Positions 49,577 through 59,510 of a stretch of DNA of 64,000 nt are shown here, piece after piece. Origin of the DNA: Candidatus Hydrogenedentota bacterium (GTDB lineage: Bacteria; Hydrogenedentota; Hydrogenedentia; Hydrogenedentales; SLHB01). The translations under genes and the position numbers were made by a program. The notes under the pieces are model-generated. The model saw only the letters and a program-made list of their open reading frames with translations. It was not told where the DNA came from and did not search any database. Numbering within the stretch: position 1 is the stretch's first letter; each line of letters starts with the position of its first letter. The stretch is from positions 1 to 64,000 of the forward strand of contig BTVY01000038.1 in NCBI GenBank assembly GCA_045863335.1, written 5' to 3'.

Positions 49577-50470
49577 TTAGGGGTGCGAGTGCCCGTGGGA
49601 GAGTTCGTGGAAAATGAACCCGCCTTCATTTACCGGGAACGGCGCGCCCGCCGGGCCCTGATAACGAAGGAATTGCACGTGTCCATCCATGTATAACACG
49701 TTGCAGCCGCCGGGCACATGATTGAAGTGGCTCGCTTCATCGCCGGAGATTTCGTCCCACATCACCGGAATCGTGGACTGAGACTGAGCGCTGCCAGCCG
49801 GATTATTGATGTCGGTCACGAAGAAACGTTCGACGCCTTCCCGTAGCCGCGGAACACTCTCCTGCCCGCCGATTGGCGTATCGAATTCCCAATCCGCATC
49901 TGCCAGCTCGACCTCGCCCATCTCGATGGCTTCGGCCAATTCCTCTCCCTCGATTTCCAGTTGTTCGAGGTCGCCGTTCGCCGTGATTTCGGCTTCCAGG
50001 GTTTGCGGGCTTATGGCCCAAGGCAGATACACGTAGGGATGCTCGGTAATCTCGCAGGGTTCCACGATGCCGTTATTCGAGAACCCGACGACTTCCTCCC
50101 AATTGGTCGATAAGGTATTACCTTGATCCCACAATTCCAGCGCGGTGCTCCCCGAAGGAGAACTTGGGCATACCAGCACGTTCCAGTCGGTGAGATATTC
50201 CGGGTAGACCGCCACGGCGTCAAAAATCGTGTTGAACGCCTGGATTTCGCTCGCGCAATTCAACGTCTTCATAGCGGGGAACTTCTCCCCGGCGCTCTCG
50301 TTGCTGTACATTTTGAAAACCAGCCCCAACTGTTTCAAATTGTTCTGGCAACTGGCCCTCCGTGCGGCCTCGCGAGCGCGGGCCAACGCGGGCAGCAGTA
50401 TCGCGGCGAGTATCCCGATGATGGCAATTACGACAAGTAGCTCGATAAGTGTAAAGCCTTTATGGCGCAT
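49577..50470 (-). CDS. Prepilin-type N-terminal cleavage/methylation protein, DUF1559 / H-X9-DG family, with His-rich C-terminus
   Basis: G|[42 protein letters not shown]; [16 protein letters not shown]; ends [10 protein letters not shown]; GGAG 9 nt before ATG 50470. Confidence 0.93.
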   Translation of the reverse strand: MRHKGFTLIELLVVIAIIGILAAILLPALARAREAARRASCQNNLKQLGLVFKMYSNESAGEKFPAMKTLNCASEIQAFNTIFDAVAVYPEYLTDWNVLVCPSSPSGSTALELWDQGNTLSTNWEEVVGFSNNGIVEPCEITEHPYVYLPWAISPQTLEAEITANGDLEQLEIEGEELAEAIEMGEVELADADWEFDTPIGGQESVPRLREGVERFFVTDINNPAGSAQSQSTIPVMWDEISGDEASHFNHVPGGCNVLYMDGHVQFLRYQGPAGAPFPVNEGGFIFHELSHGHSHP

Positions 50471-50479
50471 GATTTGTGT

Positions 50480-50599
50480 CTCCATTGGCGCACACGTCCG
50501 TGGCGCGGAATACGTGCAGGGAAATGGCAGGCAACTCGCCTGCAATTCTGATGCACGCCGTTCGGAAAAAGGGATATCAGGACGTGTGAATTTGCGGAG
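50480..50599 (-). promoter_or_regulatory. Predicted SD-sequestering leader RNA structure between the uORF 3' end and the pilin-like gene
   Basis: Minus-strand CUCCG (50599-50595) can pair with UGGAG (50484-50480); CACACGUCC (50588-50580) pairs with GGACGUGUG (50499-50491); nested CGUGCA/UGCACG and GCAGGC/GCCUGC stems. Confidence 0.65.
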
Positions 50600-50933
50600 G
50601 ACCGCGGAGGGACTCGGGGGTCCAGGAGACTTCGGACCAGAAGAACGCGTAGTCAGGAAGGGTTTGCCGGTACGCGGTGTCGCACGACGGCGTTTCCACC
50701 GTTTCCCACTGCGGCGTGAGTACCAAGCTCTGAACGAGTACGCAGAGTCCGCACGGTTGCTGCGTGTCAGGCCGTAGAGGGTCATGGGAAGAGCCCTGCG
50801 CGGGGAGCCCATGGGCCTCGCAGAACCCCAGAAGTGGAATCAGGCCGTGGAACTCCGCACACGCGAACAGCGCCAAGGCGACGTATACGCCCAGCAAATA
50901 GCGCTTACGGTTTCTGATTTGAGTCGGGAACAT
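50577..50933 (-). CDS. DUF2946/CruR-like upstream ORF, putative RGPP ribosome-arrest peptide
   Basis: Basic + hydrophobic N-terminus, His residues, CGLC, and LRGPP 5 residues before the stop; consensus promoter upstream. Confidence 0.75.
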   Translation of the reverse strand: MFPTQIRNRKRYLLGVYVALALFACAEFHGLIPLLGFCEAHGLPAQGSSHDPLRPDTQQPCGLCVLVQSLVLTPQWETVETPSCDTAYRQTLPDYAFFWSEVSWTPESLRGPPQIHTS

Positions 50934-51003
50934 TGTCTTTCTCTACCGCACCCTTATCGCGTGACGGGCCGCCCAGACTCGTCGGAGCAGACTAATGTTC
51001 TTG

Positions 51004-51032
51004 AGTCTAGCGGACTTCCGCCGGGCTGTCAA
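51004..51032 (-). promoter_or_regulatory. sigma70 promoter driving the uORF-pilin transcript
   Basis: Minus strand TTGACA (51032-51027)-N17-TAGACT (51009-51004), about 70 nt upstream of ATG 50933. Confidence 0.72.
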
Positions 51033-51136
51033 TTCTTGCGTCAATCCGGTACACTAGCGCGCCGCTTCGCTGGGATACACGAAAATAGACGCCAAGCACC
51101 GGGGTACGGAGCTTCGCCCACCCATGGGAACCACGC

Positions 51137-52636
51137 ATGAACCTGGATGACAACCAAGACCGTTGGACCGGTACCCAAATTGCCGCCGTCGTGGGCATTC
51201 TCGTAGCGGGACTCGCCGTACGTCTGTACCAGATCGATTCGGAGGCGCTCTGGTACGACGAGATTTCGAGCTACGGTTTTCTCTCCGCGCCCACCCTGAC
51301 GGAGTTCTTCGATCAGGAGCGGACCCTCGACGCCGCCATGCTCCCGGTGTATTTCACCGCGGAATACTACTGGTACCACCTCGTGGGCGAATCCGTGCTC
51401 GCCATGCGCTTGCTCTCCCTCATCACGGGTATGGTCACGATCTTTGTCGTGTACATGATTGGCCGCAGACTCTACGGTCCCTGGGCGGGAGCGGTTGCGG
51501 CGTTGTGCGTGGCGTTCTCCAAACTCATGATATACCAGTCCCAGGAAATCCGGATGTACGCCTTCGTGTTGCTCTTTTGCGCGATCTCTGCGTACGGGCT
51601 CATCAATGCGACCGCGACCAACAAGAAACGATGGTGGGCGTGCACCTTAATCGCCAACGCCCTGATGTTGGGGACTCACTTGTTTGCCGTTCTGTTCGTT
51701 GGGGCGCAATTCGCCTACCTGCTCCTGACCCGGCCCCGGCAGATTAAGTTCCTCGTGAGCTGGGCGGCATTCCATACCGTCGCCGAATTGCTCGCCCTGG
51801 GCTGGTTCATGACCACCAATTTCAGCGCCCTGCAGGAGCACATGGCCTGGATCTATAAGCCCGGCCTGGGCCGGCTGTTTGACGCGTACTACTTTGTCTA
51901 TGCCGGGAGCAAGCTGGATGCCCTCGATCTGGTCCGGCACGTTCCTCTCGGTATTCCCGTTCATCACGTCTTGGGCGTTGCCCTATGCGGTGCGGCGGCC
52001 GCGTTTATCATGTACGCCTTCGCGACCACGCGCCGAAAGGTCTTGGGTCAGACGATCCCCATGGCCGACGACCGTCTGCTGTTCATGCTGTGCTGGCTGA
52101 TACTGCCCCCGTTTGCCCTGTTTTTTTTAACGTATGCGGTGCGGCCCTGTTTTGTTGAGCGCTATACCCTCTACTCCTGCTTTGCCCTCTACATTCTTGC
52201 CGGTGCCGGTATCGCAAAACTGCCCCAAGGAACCGTGCGCATCACCGCGGTGATCTTGCTCGTTATCGTGATGGCCGGAAATCTCGTGGATTTGCACCGG
52301 CCCATGCGTCCCGATTGGCGTGCCGCCGCGCCCGTGCTTCAGGAACTTTCGCAGGACGGGGCAGCCGTTTACTCCCCCCCCAACAATTTCAAACCCACCA
52401 TCGCCTACTATGGCGACCTCGATCCCGATCGCCTCTTTGATTCCGAGGAATACCTGACGCAGGCTCTGGCGGAAGCCCGTAAGGGGAACCCAGTGGGAAT
52501 CGCGATCTTTGAGGTGCCGGGGATTCACGAAGCCGCCGAAGTGGATAAGGGTATCACCGCCAGTGGAATCTCCGCGATCAAACACCACTTCCCGGGCCGG
52601 TGGGACGTCTACGTCTGGCAATTGGGCAACTCGTGA
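51137..52636 (+). CDS. GT-C fold membrane glycosyltransferase (GT39/ArnT-like)
   Basis: LWYDE in the first loop, MRLLS, SQEIRMY, ERY; 10 or more TM helices. Confidence 0.85.
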   Translation: MNLDDNQDRWTGTQIAAVVGILVAGLAVRLYQIDSEALWYDEISSYGFLSAPTLTEFFDQERTLDAAMLPVYFTAEYYWYHLVGESVLAMRLLSLITGMVTIFVVYMIGRRLYGPWAGAVAALCVAFSKLMIYQSQEIRMYAFVLLFCAISAYGLINATATNKKRWWACTLIANALMLGTHLFAVLFVGAQFAYLLLTRPRQIKFLVSWAAFHTVAELLALGWFMTTNFSALQEHMAWIYKPGLGRLFDAYYFVYAGSKLDALDLVRHVPLGIPVHHVLGVALCGAAAAFIMYAFATTRRKVLGQTIPMADDRLLFMLCWLILPPFALFFLTYAVRPCFVERYTLYSCFALYILAGAGIAKLPQGTVRITAVILLVIVMAGNLVDLHRPMRPDWRAAAPVLQELSQDGAAVYSPPNNFKPTIAYYGDLDPDRLFDSEEYLTQALAEARKGNPVGIAIFEVPGIHEAAEVDKGITASGISAIKHHFPGRWDVYVWQLGNS

Positions 52637-52873
52637 CGCGGCCATGACAGGAGCGAACTCGGGGCCTTCCTATTCTGAGAGAATTCGGTATAATAGTCGC
52701 GCGATAGGTTTTGGCCGGTTCGTTCTGGCCGGCCAAGGGGGAATTCAAATCAAAGGGACACTGCGCACGCGCGTAGATTCAATGCGAAGGAGCGAGGTTG
52801 ACATGCCTGCCCGCGCGCAGGGTTTAGGGGGAACCGCCATATCTTCCGGCTGGAACAGGATCCTTAGTTGAGA

Positions 52874-54142
52874 ATGCAACGCATTTCAGTCAGAGCGCTG
52901 GTTCCCGGGAGACCCCTTGGCGGACCGCTTTATGACCGGAGGGGACGCCTCCTGCTCGCCGAAGGGAACGCCTTTACGCAGGAGATGCTCACCTCGCTTG
53001 TCAACGGGGGGACCAAGTTCGCCTACCTCGGGCAATGGGATCCCGACAAAGTCGAGGCATTGGAATCGACTACCAGTGTGCAGCACTACCGTCGGGAAGC
53101 GGACGCCGTTTTGGAAGCGCTTTCCGCAGAACTCGACCGGCAAGTTGACTCCCTGGATTCCTTAAACATCCTCCCAGTCGGACGTCCCTTTTCGGCATCC
53201 GTCGATGAATCCTTGCAGCGCCAGCGATCCGAAGCGCGGTTCCGCGAATGGCAAGGCATCTGCCAGGAAGGCGTATCGTTTGTCGCCAACCTCCTCCACG
53301 GGGCCATCGCAAACGAAATTGCCGCCGACGCCGCGGTGCGTCTCGTCGGGAAGATCGTCGATGTGTTTAGCAAGGATCGCAGTCTGCTTGTGGGGTTGAC
53401 TAACCTCCGGCTCGCTTCAGAGTACCACTATCAACACGCCTTTAATTCTGCGGTGCTTGCCATCAATATCGCCACGGCAATGGGATACAACGTCGAACAG
53501 GTCAAGGAAGTCGGTATCGCGGCGCTCTTTCAGGATCTCGGTATGGCCATGGTGCCACAGCATCTCGTGCAATCTGCGCGTAAGCTCGACTCAGTCGAGT
53601 TTGTCGATGTGCAGAAACACACCATGCTCGGCCTGTATGTTCTCGAACAAATCAAAGGGCTCCCGGCCAGTGCCCGACTGGCCATGTATCAGCACCACGA
53701 ACGGGCCGACGGATCCGGATATACCCAACGCCGTGAACGCCTTTGGATTCACAAGTACGCCCAAATTTCGGCCGTCGCTGACGTTTACGATGCCCTGACT
53801 TCTGAGCGGCCCTGGCGGCGGGCCTACGCGCCGTATCTCGCAATGGAATCCGTCATCAAACAGGCAAACAAAGGACGGTTCAACGGGGAAATCGTTCGGG
53901 GGCTCCTCCGCTATCTCTCCCTGTTTCCGGTGGGCAGTTTCGTTCGCCTCACCAACGGCGAGATTGGCAAGGTCGTACACACGAACGGAGACGCAATCGA
54001 CCGTCCGGTCGTAAGTGCGCTCATTAACGCGGCCGGACATCGCTATACCCCACCTGAACTCCGAAACCTAGCCGACGATGAACTTCGTATTGAAAGCTAC
54101 GTGCACGCGGATTTTGCCGTAGGCGTTGCCGCGGGTTTCTAG
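52874..54142 (+). CDS. HD-GYP domain protein with non-canonical motifs
   Basis: FQDLGM (HD to QD), HHERADGSGYT, ADVYDALTSERPWR and FPVGSFVRLTNGE. Confidence 0.85.
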   Translation: MQRISVRALVPGRPLGGPLYDRRGRLLLAEGNAFTQEMLTSLVNGGTKFAYLGQWDPDKVEALESTTSVQHYRREADAVLEALSAELDRQVDSLDSLNILPVGRPFSASVDESLQRQRSEARFREWQGICQEGVSFVANLLHGAIANEIAADAAVRLVGKIVDVFSKDRSLLVGLTNLRLASEYHYQHAFNSAVLAINIATAMGYNVEQVKEVGIAALFQDLGMAMVPQHLVQSARKLDSVEFVDVQKHTMLGLYVLEQIKGLPASARLAMYQHHERADGSGYTQRRERLWIHKYAQISAVADVYDALTSERPWRRAYAPYLAMESVIKQANKGRFNGEIVRGLLRYLSLFPVGSFVRLTNGEIGKVVHTNGDAIDRPVVSALINAAGHRYTPPELRNLADDELRIESYVHADFAVGVAAGF

Positions 54143-54518
54143 ATTCGCTTTCCTGCCTATGTTATGCGAGTCCGAGGGGGGCCTGCATGAACCCACATTG
54201 CGCGATTCAGCGGCTATCCCGTGGTTCACCCTAATCGCTTGTGTAGCGGATTCTTGGCATCATGAAAATCGGTATATGCCCGAACGATCCTGTAACGCAG
54301 GCGTTTTCAATGATTTGTCGGAGTTGGATGGATTGGTGAATGTCCTGTTTCTATTACCTTGGGTTCGGGCGTCCAGGTCCCAGGCCTTTCGTTTGGCCAC
54401 GCATCCCGTAACCCAATCCAACGATCGCCTGCACTCCAGCGGCGGAGTCCCGGCACATGCCTCCGGTTGGCGCGATTCGCAGAGCCACGTTGAACGGAAC
54501 ACGCGGTCCGTACCTCGG

Positions 54519-54548
54519 TTGCACGGGGCTACGGCTTTGTGCTAAGCT
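54519..54548 (+). promoter_or_regulatory. Putative promoter of the rimP-nusA-infB operon
   Basis: TTGCAC-N18-TAAGCT with TGn extended -10. Confidence 0.45.
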
Positions 54549-54575
54549 GTTGTTCGTCAATGTGCGATTTGACGG

Positions 54576-54602
54576 AAGAGTGGGTTAGTGCCCACTCTTT
54601 TT
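54576..54602 (+). promoter_or_regulatory. rimP leader hairpin / attenuator-like terminator
   Basis: aagagtggg-ttagtg-cccactctt followed by a T run immediately upstream of rimP. Confidence 0.7.
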
Positions 54603-54624
54603 GGTTGTATGCGAGAACCTTTTA

Positions 54625-55080
54625 GTGGCAAAAGACGACGTAATCCAGCGAATATGGCATGAATTAGAACCGCATCTCGCGGAGCAGGGCTTTGAGCTGG
54701 TTGAAGTCGAGTTCGGTCAGCACGGCCATCGCTGGATACTCCGTCTTTTCGTTGATCGCGAAGGCGGAATTTCGCTGGATGACTGCGCGGCTGTATCCCA
54801 GCTTCTGAATCCGTTACTGGACGCATCGGACGTAATCGAAGGAAGTTACCTTCTGGAGGTATCGTCCCCAGGGATCGCGCGGCCCGTGCGAAAGCCCGGA
54901 GACTTCGCACGATTCACCGGGGAGAACATCAAGGTGCGTACGCACTTGCCGGTGGGTGGCCGAAAGAAGTTCAGCGGCATGCTTAAGTCGTTCGCGGGGG
55001 ACGTTGTGACGATCGATTGCCAAGGTTCTACGTACGAGATTTGTATCGACAATATTCAACGGGCCAACCTGGACCGCTAG
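54625..55080 (+). CDS. rimP: Ribosome maturation factor RimP
   Basis: LRLFVD, ISLDDC, YLLEVSSPG; start uncertain (54601 or 54625). Confidence 0.93.
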   Translation: MAKDDVIQRIWHELEPHLAEQGFELVEVEFGQHGHRWILRLFVDREGGISLDDCAAVSQLLNPLLDASDVIEGSYLLEVSSPGIARPVRKPGDFARFTGENIKVRTHLPVGGRKKFSGMLKSFAGDVVTIDCQGSTYEICIDNIQRANLDR

Positions 55081-55105
55081 CCGATCCGGGAAACGAGGTG
55101 AATAC

Positions 55106-56317
55106 GTGGACCCCAAGGACCCGAATTTACAGGCAATTCTGCAGCAGCTCCAGGCCGAGAAGAGTATCGACCGCGATACCCTCCTGGAGGCGATCCGCAG
55201 TGCCATCGAAACGGCCGCACGAAAGAGCTTCCCCGCAAACGCCACGATAACCGTAGATATGGATCCGCGCACGCTCGCGTTCCAGGTATTCGAGATCCGC
55301 ACGGTGGTAGAAGAGGTCGAAGACCACGCTAAGGAGATGGCGCTTGATGAGGCCACCTCGTTGAACCCCGAAGCGCAAATCGGCGACATGCTGAAGGTGC
55401 CGACGGAACCCAAAGATTTCGGTCGAATTGCCGCGCAAACCGCGAAGCAGGTGATCATCCAGAAGATCAAGGACGCCGAACGCGAGAACGTCTATGACGA
55501 GTTCAAGAAGCGGGAAGGTGAACTCGTAACCGGGGTCGTGAAGCGCGTGAGCCACGGAAACGTGATCGTGTCCGTTGGCCGTGCCGAAGCAATTCTGCCC
55601 GTGCGCGAACAGTCGCCGCGCGAGAACTTTAAGCCGGGCGACCGGGTTCGAGCTCACCTCCTCGAGGTTGAGAAAAGCCCGCGGGGTCCGCAGATCGTTC
55701 TCTCCCGGACCTCGCCGGAATTGGTACGAGCCCTCTTTGATTTGGAAGTGCCTGAGATCTACGACGGCACGATTTCCATTCGAGGAATCGCCCGGGAACC
55801 CGGGAGCCGGACCAAAATCGCCGTCTCCTCCAACGACCCGAACGTCGATGAAGTAGGCGCGTGCGTTGGAATGAAAGGATCGCGAGTCCGCGCCGTGGTG
55901 GAAGAATTGTGCGGTGAGAAGATCGACATCGTCCGTTGGAGCGACGACCCCGTCGAACTCTGCGGGAACGCATTGAATCCGGCGGATATTCTCGACATCA
56001 CCGTCGACGAGTCGGCCAAATCAATCCTGGTCATCGTGCCCCACGATCAGCTCTCGCTTGCGATTGGCAAACGCGGGCAAAATGCCCGGCTCGCATCGAA
56101 GCTTATGGGATGGAACATCGATATCAAGAGCGATGTTGAGATCGCGGGACCGGAAGCCCAAGAGGCGGTCCGCGAAGCGGAACAGGCCCTGCGCAGCCAG
56201 CCGGAAGGCGGCGCACCGGACGCCGGCACGTCTGAGCGCGCGGCGCTTTCCGATGAAGCGACCGCCGGCGAACTTGCTGAAGACAGCGCGCGAGGACAGG
56301 AAGAAGGTGCGGGATAG
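55106..56317 (+). CDS. nusA: Transcription termination/antitermination factor NusA
   Basis: FGRIAAQTAKQVI, EVPEI, GACVGMKGSRV and AIGKRGQNARLAS. Confidence 0.96.
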   Translation: MDPKDPNLQAILQQLQAEKSIDRDTLLEAIRSAIETAARKSFPANATITVDMDPRTLAFQVFEIRTVVEEVEDHAKEMALDEATSLNPEAQIGDMLKVPTEPKDFGRIAAQTAKQVIIQKIKDAERENVYDEFKKREGELVTGVVKRVSHGNVIVSVGRAEAILPVREQSPRENFKPGDRVRAHLLEVEKSPRGPQIVLSRTSPELVRALFDLEVPEIYDGTISIRGIAREPGSRTKIAVSSNDPNVDEVGACVGMKGSRVRAVVEELCGEKIDIVRWSDDPVELCGNALNPADILDITVDESAKSILVIVPHDQLSLAIGKRGQNARLASKLMGWNIDIKSDVEIAGPEAQEAVREAEQALRSQPEGGAPDAGTSERAALSDEATAGELAEDSARGQEEGAG

Positions 56318-56379
56318 GTGCGGCCATTTTCACCGTTAGGGATGAAGAACGAACCATAGGAATCCGGGAGTAAGCGTAC

Positions 56380-59217
56380 ATGCAGACTGTTTCCAGCTTA
56401 GCCGATCGTCTTGATGTGAAGCCCGAATGGGCGATCGAGCGGCTGCGCTACATGTTCATCGACGTCGATGACGTGGAATCCGTCATCGGCGACGAGGCGT
56501 GCGACTTGCTTATCGAAGTGGCAGACGACCCCGCCGTCGCCGATCGGGTTCGTGACGAGAAGCTGAAAGAAATCGAGAAAGAGAAGAAGAAGAAAGAAAA
56601 GCTCCGTCAGGCCGCGAAGAAGAGCGCCGAGACTCGCAAGAAGGCTGCCGCCAAGAAGAAGGCGGCGTCCGCGAAGAAGGCCGCATCCAAGAAGACGCCA
56701 GCCAAGGTAGAGGCCGAAGGGGACGAGGCCGGAGACGCGGAGGACGCTTCGGCGCCCGCCTCGCCCGGAGTCGAAACCGTGGAAGGCGCGCCGGAAGCGC
56801 ATCCCGTCGTGGAGATTATTCGCGGCGAGCCCGCCGAATCGGTGGTGTCTGGTGAAGTTTTGCCGGCGGACGATGAGAAACCCAAGGCAAAGAAGAAGAA
56901 GAAAGCCGAGCCTCCGAAGAAACGCGAAGCGGAAGAGAAGGGACCGAGCATTGTCATCGGTGCCGCCGTCGAGAAAGAGGAGCCCGCAGTCGAAGTCGTT
57001 CGCGCGGACGGCACGCATGTCGAGGCGAAAGAACTCGAACTAGTCGAATCCGAAGAGTCCCTTGAGACGGACGAAGAAGACACGTCAGGATTGCTCGCTG
57101 AGGCGGAGCGCCGACAGGAAGAGGAAGAAGCACGTCGAGCCAAGGCGGCGGCGCGGCCGGTGGTCAAGCCTGACCCGGCAGTTGTCGCCGAAGTTCAACG
57201 AAAGGCCGCGGAGCGGCTTCAGAAACTCCAGGCGCAGCGGGCCGTGGACACTCGGAAGGGTGGTGGTAGCACGGGCAAGACCGCGCGCAAACGGCAGAAG
57301 CGGGCCGAGAAGCAACGAAACGAAGAGAATTTGCGACGCGATGCGGCGGCCGCCGTGCGCGTGTATGCCGGTGGCGGGCTTGCAGGCCCGGGTGCCCGGA
57401 AGCGGAAGCGGAAGAGAGGCCGCGATGAAGGCGTGGATATGGACGTCATAGAAGAGGTCGCCGTTCCGAAGACCATCGAGGTCGAGGACGGCGTGACCGT
57501 TGAAGAACTGGCATCCCGCATGGACGTGTCGGTGAACGATATCATCCTAGACCTGATGGACTTGGATGTATTGGCCACAAAAAACCAGACGCTCGGGATT
57601 GAATTGGTCCGCAAAATTGCCGAACCCAAGGGATTCGAAGTCCAATCAATTATTCCCGAAGAGGATCAAGTCCTGGCCGATGAGCCCGACGATCCGGACG
57701 ACCTGCAGCCCCGCGCTCCGGTTATCACTGTCATGGGTCACGTCGACCACGGTAAGACCTCGTTCCTTGATCGGGTCCGCGCGGCAAACGTGGCCGAAGG
57801 CGAAGCCGGCGGAATCACGCAGCACATTGCCGCGTACGACGTGCGGGTATCCGACAAGCGCGTTGTGTTTCTCGACACGCCTGGCCACGAAGCGTTCACC
57901 CAGATGCGGTCGCGTGGCGCGCAGGCCACCGACATTGTTGTGCTCGTAGTGGCCGCCGATGACGGGGTTATGCCGCAGACGATCGAGGCCATCGACCACG
58001 CCAAAGCGGCCGAAGTGCCCATCGTGGTCGCGATCAATAAAATCGACAAGCCCGATGCGCAGCCCGACCGGATCCGTCAGGAACTCACGCGGTTTGACCT
58101 GGTGGACGAGGCGTGGGGCGGCAAGACGATCATACGCAATATTTCGGCCAAGACCGGCGATGGGATCGAGGAACTTCTCGAATTGCTTGGTCTTCAGGCC
58201 GAGTTGCTGGAACTGAAAGCGAACCCCGATCGACGCGCGCGAGGCGTGATCATTGAGTCGGAGATCTCCCGCGGACAGGGTCCCGTCGCCTGGGTATTGG
58301 TCCAGAAGGGAACGCTCCGCGTCGGCGACATTTTCCTCGCTGGAGAGACGTTCGGTCGCGTGCGCTCCATCCACAATTCGCGCGGCGAATCGGTCACCGA
58401 GGCTGGTCCCGCCACGCCTATCGTTGTTACCGGATTCAGTGCGCCGCCCGACGCGGGCGACCACTTTGCAGCGGTCGAAGACGAGCGCGCCGCCCGCGCG
58501 ATCGCCGAGAAGCGCGCCGATCTGGCCAAGCAGAAGCAAGGCCGTGCCGTGCGCCGCGTGACGCTCGAGGATTTCCACGAGCAGATGATGGCTGGCGAGA
58601 AGAACGTGTTGAATGTGCTTGTAAAGGCCGACGTGCAAGGATCGGTCGACGTGCTCGAATCGAGCCTCGTGAAAGTCGGCAACCAGGAGGTCGAGGTCAA
58701 ACTCGTCCATACCGGCGTCGGCGGCATCAACGAATCCGACGTGCTTCTGGCCAGTGCCAGCGACGCGGTGATTATCGGATTCCACGTCGGGGCGAGTCCT
58801 CGCGCCCAGAAACTGGCCGAGCAGGAAGGTGTAGACATCCGTACGTACCGGGTGATTTATGAAGCCATCGAAGACGTGCGGCTGGCGCTCGAAGGTATGC
58901 TCGCACCCGAGTCCAAAGAAGTCATCACGGGTCACGTGGAGATTCGGCAGGTGTTCCGCTCTTCGTCGTTCGGAAACATCGCGGGCTGCTATGTGCTCGA
59001 CGGTGAAGTGCAGCGCAACGGTCTCGCCCGGCTCCTGCGTGATGACACCATTGTGTACGAAGGAAAGATCGCGACCTTGCGCCGAGAAAAGGATGACGCG
59101 CGCACCGTGTCGAGCGGGTACGAGTGCGGAATCAAATTGGATTCCTACGAAGACATTAAACCCGGCGACATCATCGAGACATACCGCGTGGAATCGGTCG
59201 CCAAGACGCTGGCGTAG
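56380..59217 (+). CDS. infB: Translation initiation factor IF-2
   Basis: [27 protein letters not shown] and ECGI motifs. Confidence 0.97.
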   Translation: MQTVSSLADRLDVKPEWAIERLRYMFIDVDDVESVIGDEACDLLIEVADDPAVADRVRDEKLKEIEKEKKKKEKLRQAAKKSAETRKKAAAKKKAASAKKAASKKTPAKVEAEGDEAGDAEDASAPASPGVETVEGAPEAHPVVEIIRGEPAESVVSGEVLPADDEKPKAKKKKKAEPPKKREAEEKGPSIVIGAAVEKEEPAVEVVRADGTHVEAKELELVESEESLETDEEDTSGLLAEAERRQEEEEARRAKAAARPVVKPDPAVVAEVQRKAAERLQKLQAQRAVDTRKGGGSTGKTARKRQKRAEKQRNEENLRRDAAAAVRVYAGGGLAGPGARKRKRKRGRDEGVDMDVIEEVAVPKTIEVEDGVTVEELASRMDVSVNDIILDLMDLDVLATKNQTLGIELVRKIAEPKGFEVQSIIPEEDQVLADEPDDPDDLQPRAPVITVMGHVDHGKTSFLDRVRAANVAEGEAGGITQHIAAYDVRVSDKRVVFLDTPGHEAFTQMRSRGAQATDIVVLVVAADDGVMPQTIEAIDHAKAAEVPIVVAINKIDKPDAQPDRIRQELTRFDLVDEAWGGKTIIRNISAKTGDGIEELLELLGLQAELLELKANPDRRARGVIIESEISRGQGPVAWVLVQKGTLRVGDIFLAGETFGRVRSIHNSRGESVTEAGPATPIVVTGFSAPPDAGDHFAAVEDERAARAIAEKRADLAKQKQGRAVRRVTLEDFHEQMMAGEKNVLNVLVKADVQGSVDVLESSLVKVGNQEVEVKLVHTGVGGINESDVLLASASDAVIIGFHVGASPRAQKLAEQEGVDIRTYRVIYEAIEDVRLALEGMLAPESKEVITGHVEIRQVFRSSSFGNIAGCYVLDGEVQRNGLARLLRDDTIVYEGKIATLRREKDDARTVSSGYECGIKLDSYEDIKPGDIIETYRVESVAKTLA

Positions 59218-59228
59218 GGTCCTACGGG

Positions 59229-59510
59229 GTGACTATCGGCCTGCTCACGATCGACCTCATCATTCCCGGTTCCCGATCCCTGAAAGACAAACGACGGGTC
59301 GTAAAGAGCCTGAAAGAGCAGCTCCGCAGCCGATTTAACTCCTCGGTCGCCGAGGTGGAACCCAAAGACCACTGGAGCCGGGCCCGGCTCGCCGCTTGCG
59401 TGGTCGGCGACGACAGCCGCTTCGTGAATACCCAGCTGAATGAGATTGCGCGTTTCGCCTGCAACAAGAGCGGAGCGGAAGTCGTGGACTACCACATCGA
59501 GATGATGTAA
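59229..59510 (+). CDS. DUF503 (YlxP) family protein
   Basis: SLKDKRRVVKS…FNSSVAEV; conserved position after infB. Confidence 0.9.
   Translation: MTIGLLTIDLIIPGSRSLKDKRRVVKSLKEQLRSRFNSSVAEVEPKDHWSRARLAACVVGDDSRFVNTQLNEIARFACNKSGAEVVDYHIEMM

Noticed and set aside
50471-50812. N-terminal extension of the 411-aa DUF1559 ORF
   Set aside because: The prepilin cleavage site (G|FTLIE) and an RBS place the start at 50470 (or 50485); the extension overlaps the better-supported RGPP uORF in another frame.
52640-52870. c-di-GMP riboswitch upstream of the HD-GYP gene
   Set aside because: No recognisable c-di-GMP-I or -II consensus seen by eye.
54143-54518. ncRNA or small gene in the long intergenic region before rimP
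   Set aside because: No tRNA, tmRNA, 6S or RNase P features recognised; the short ORFs lack an RBS and protein-like composition.
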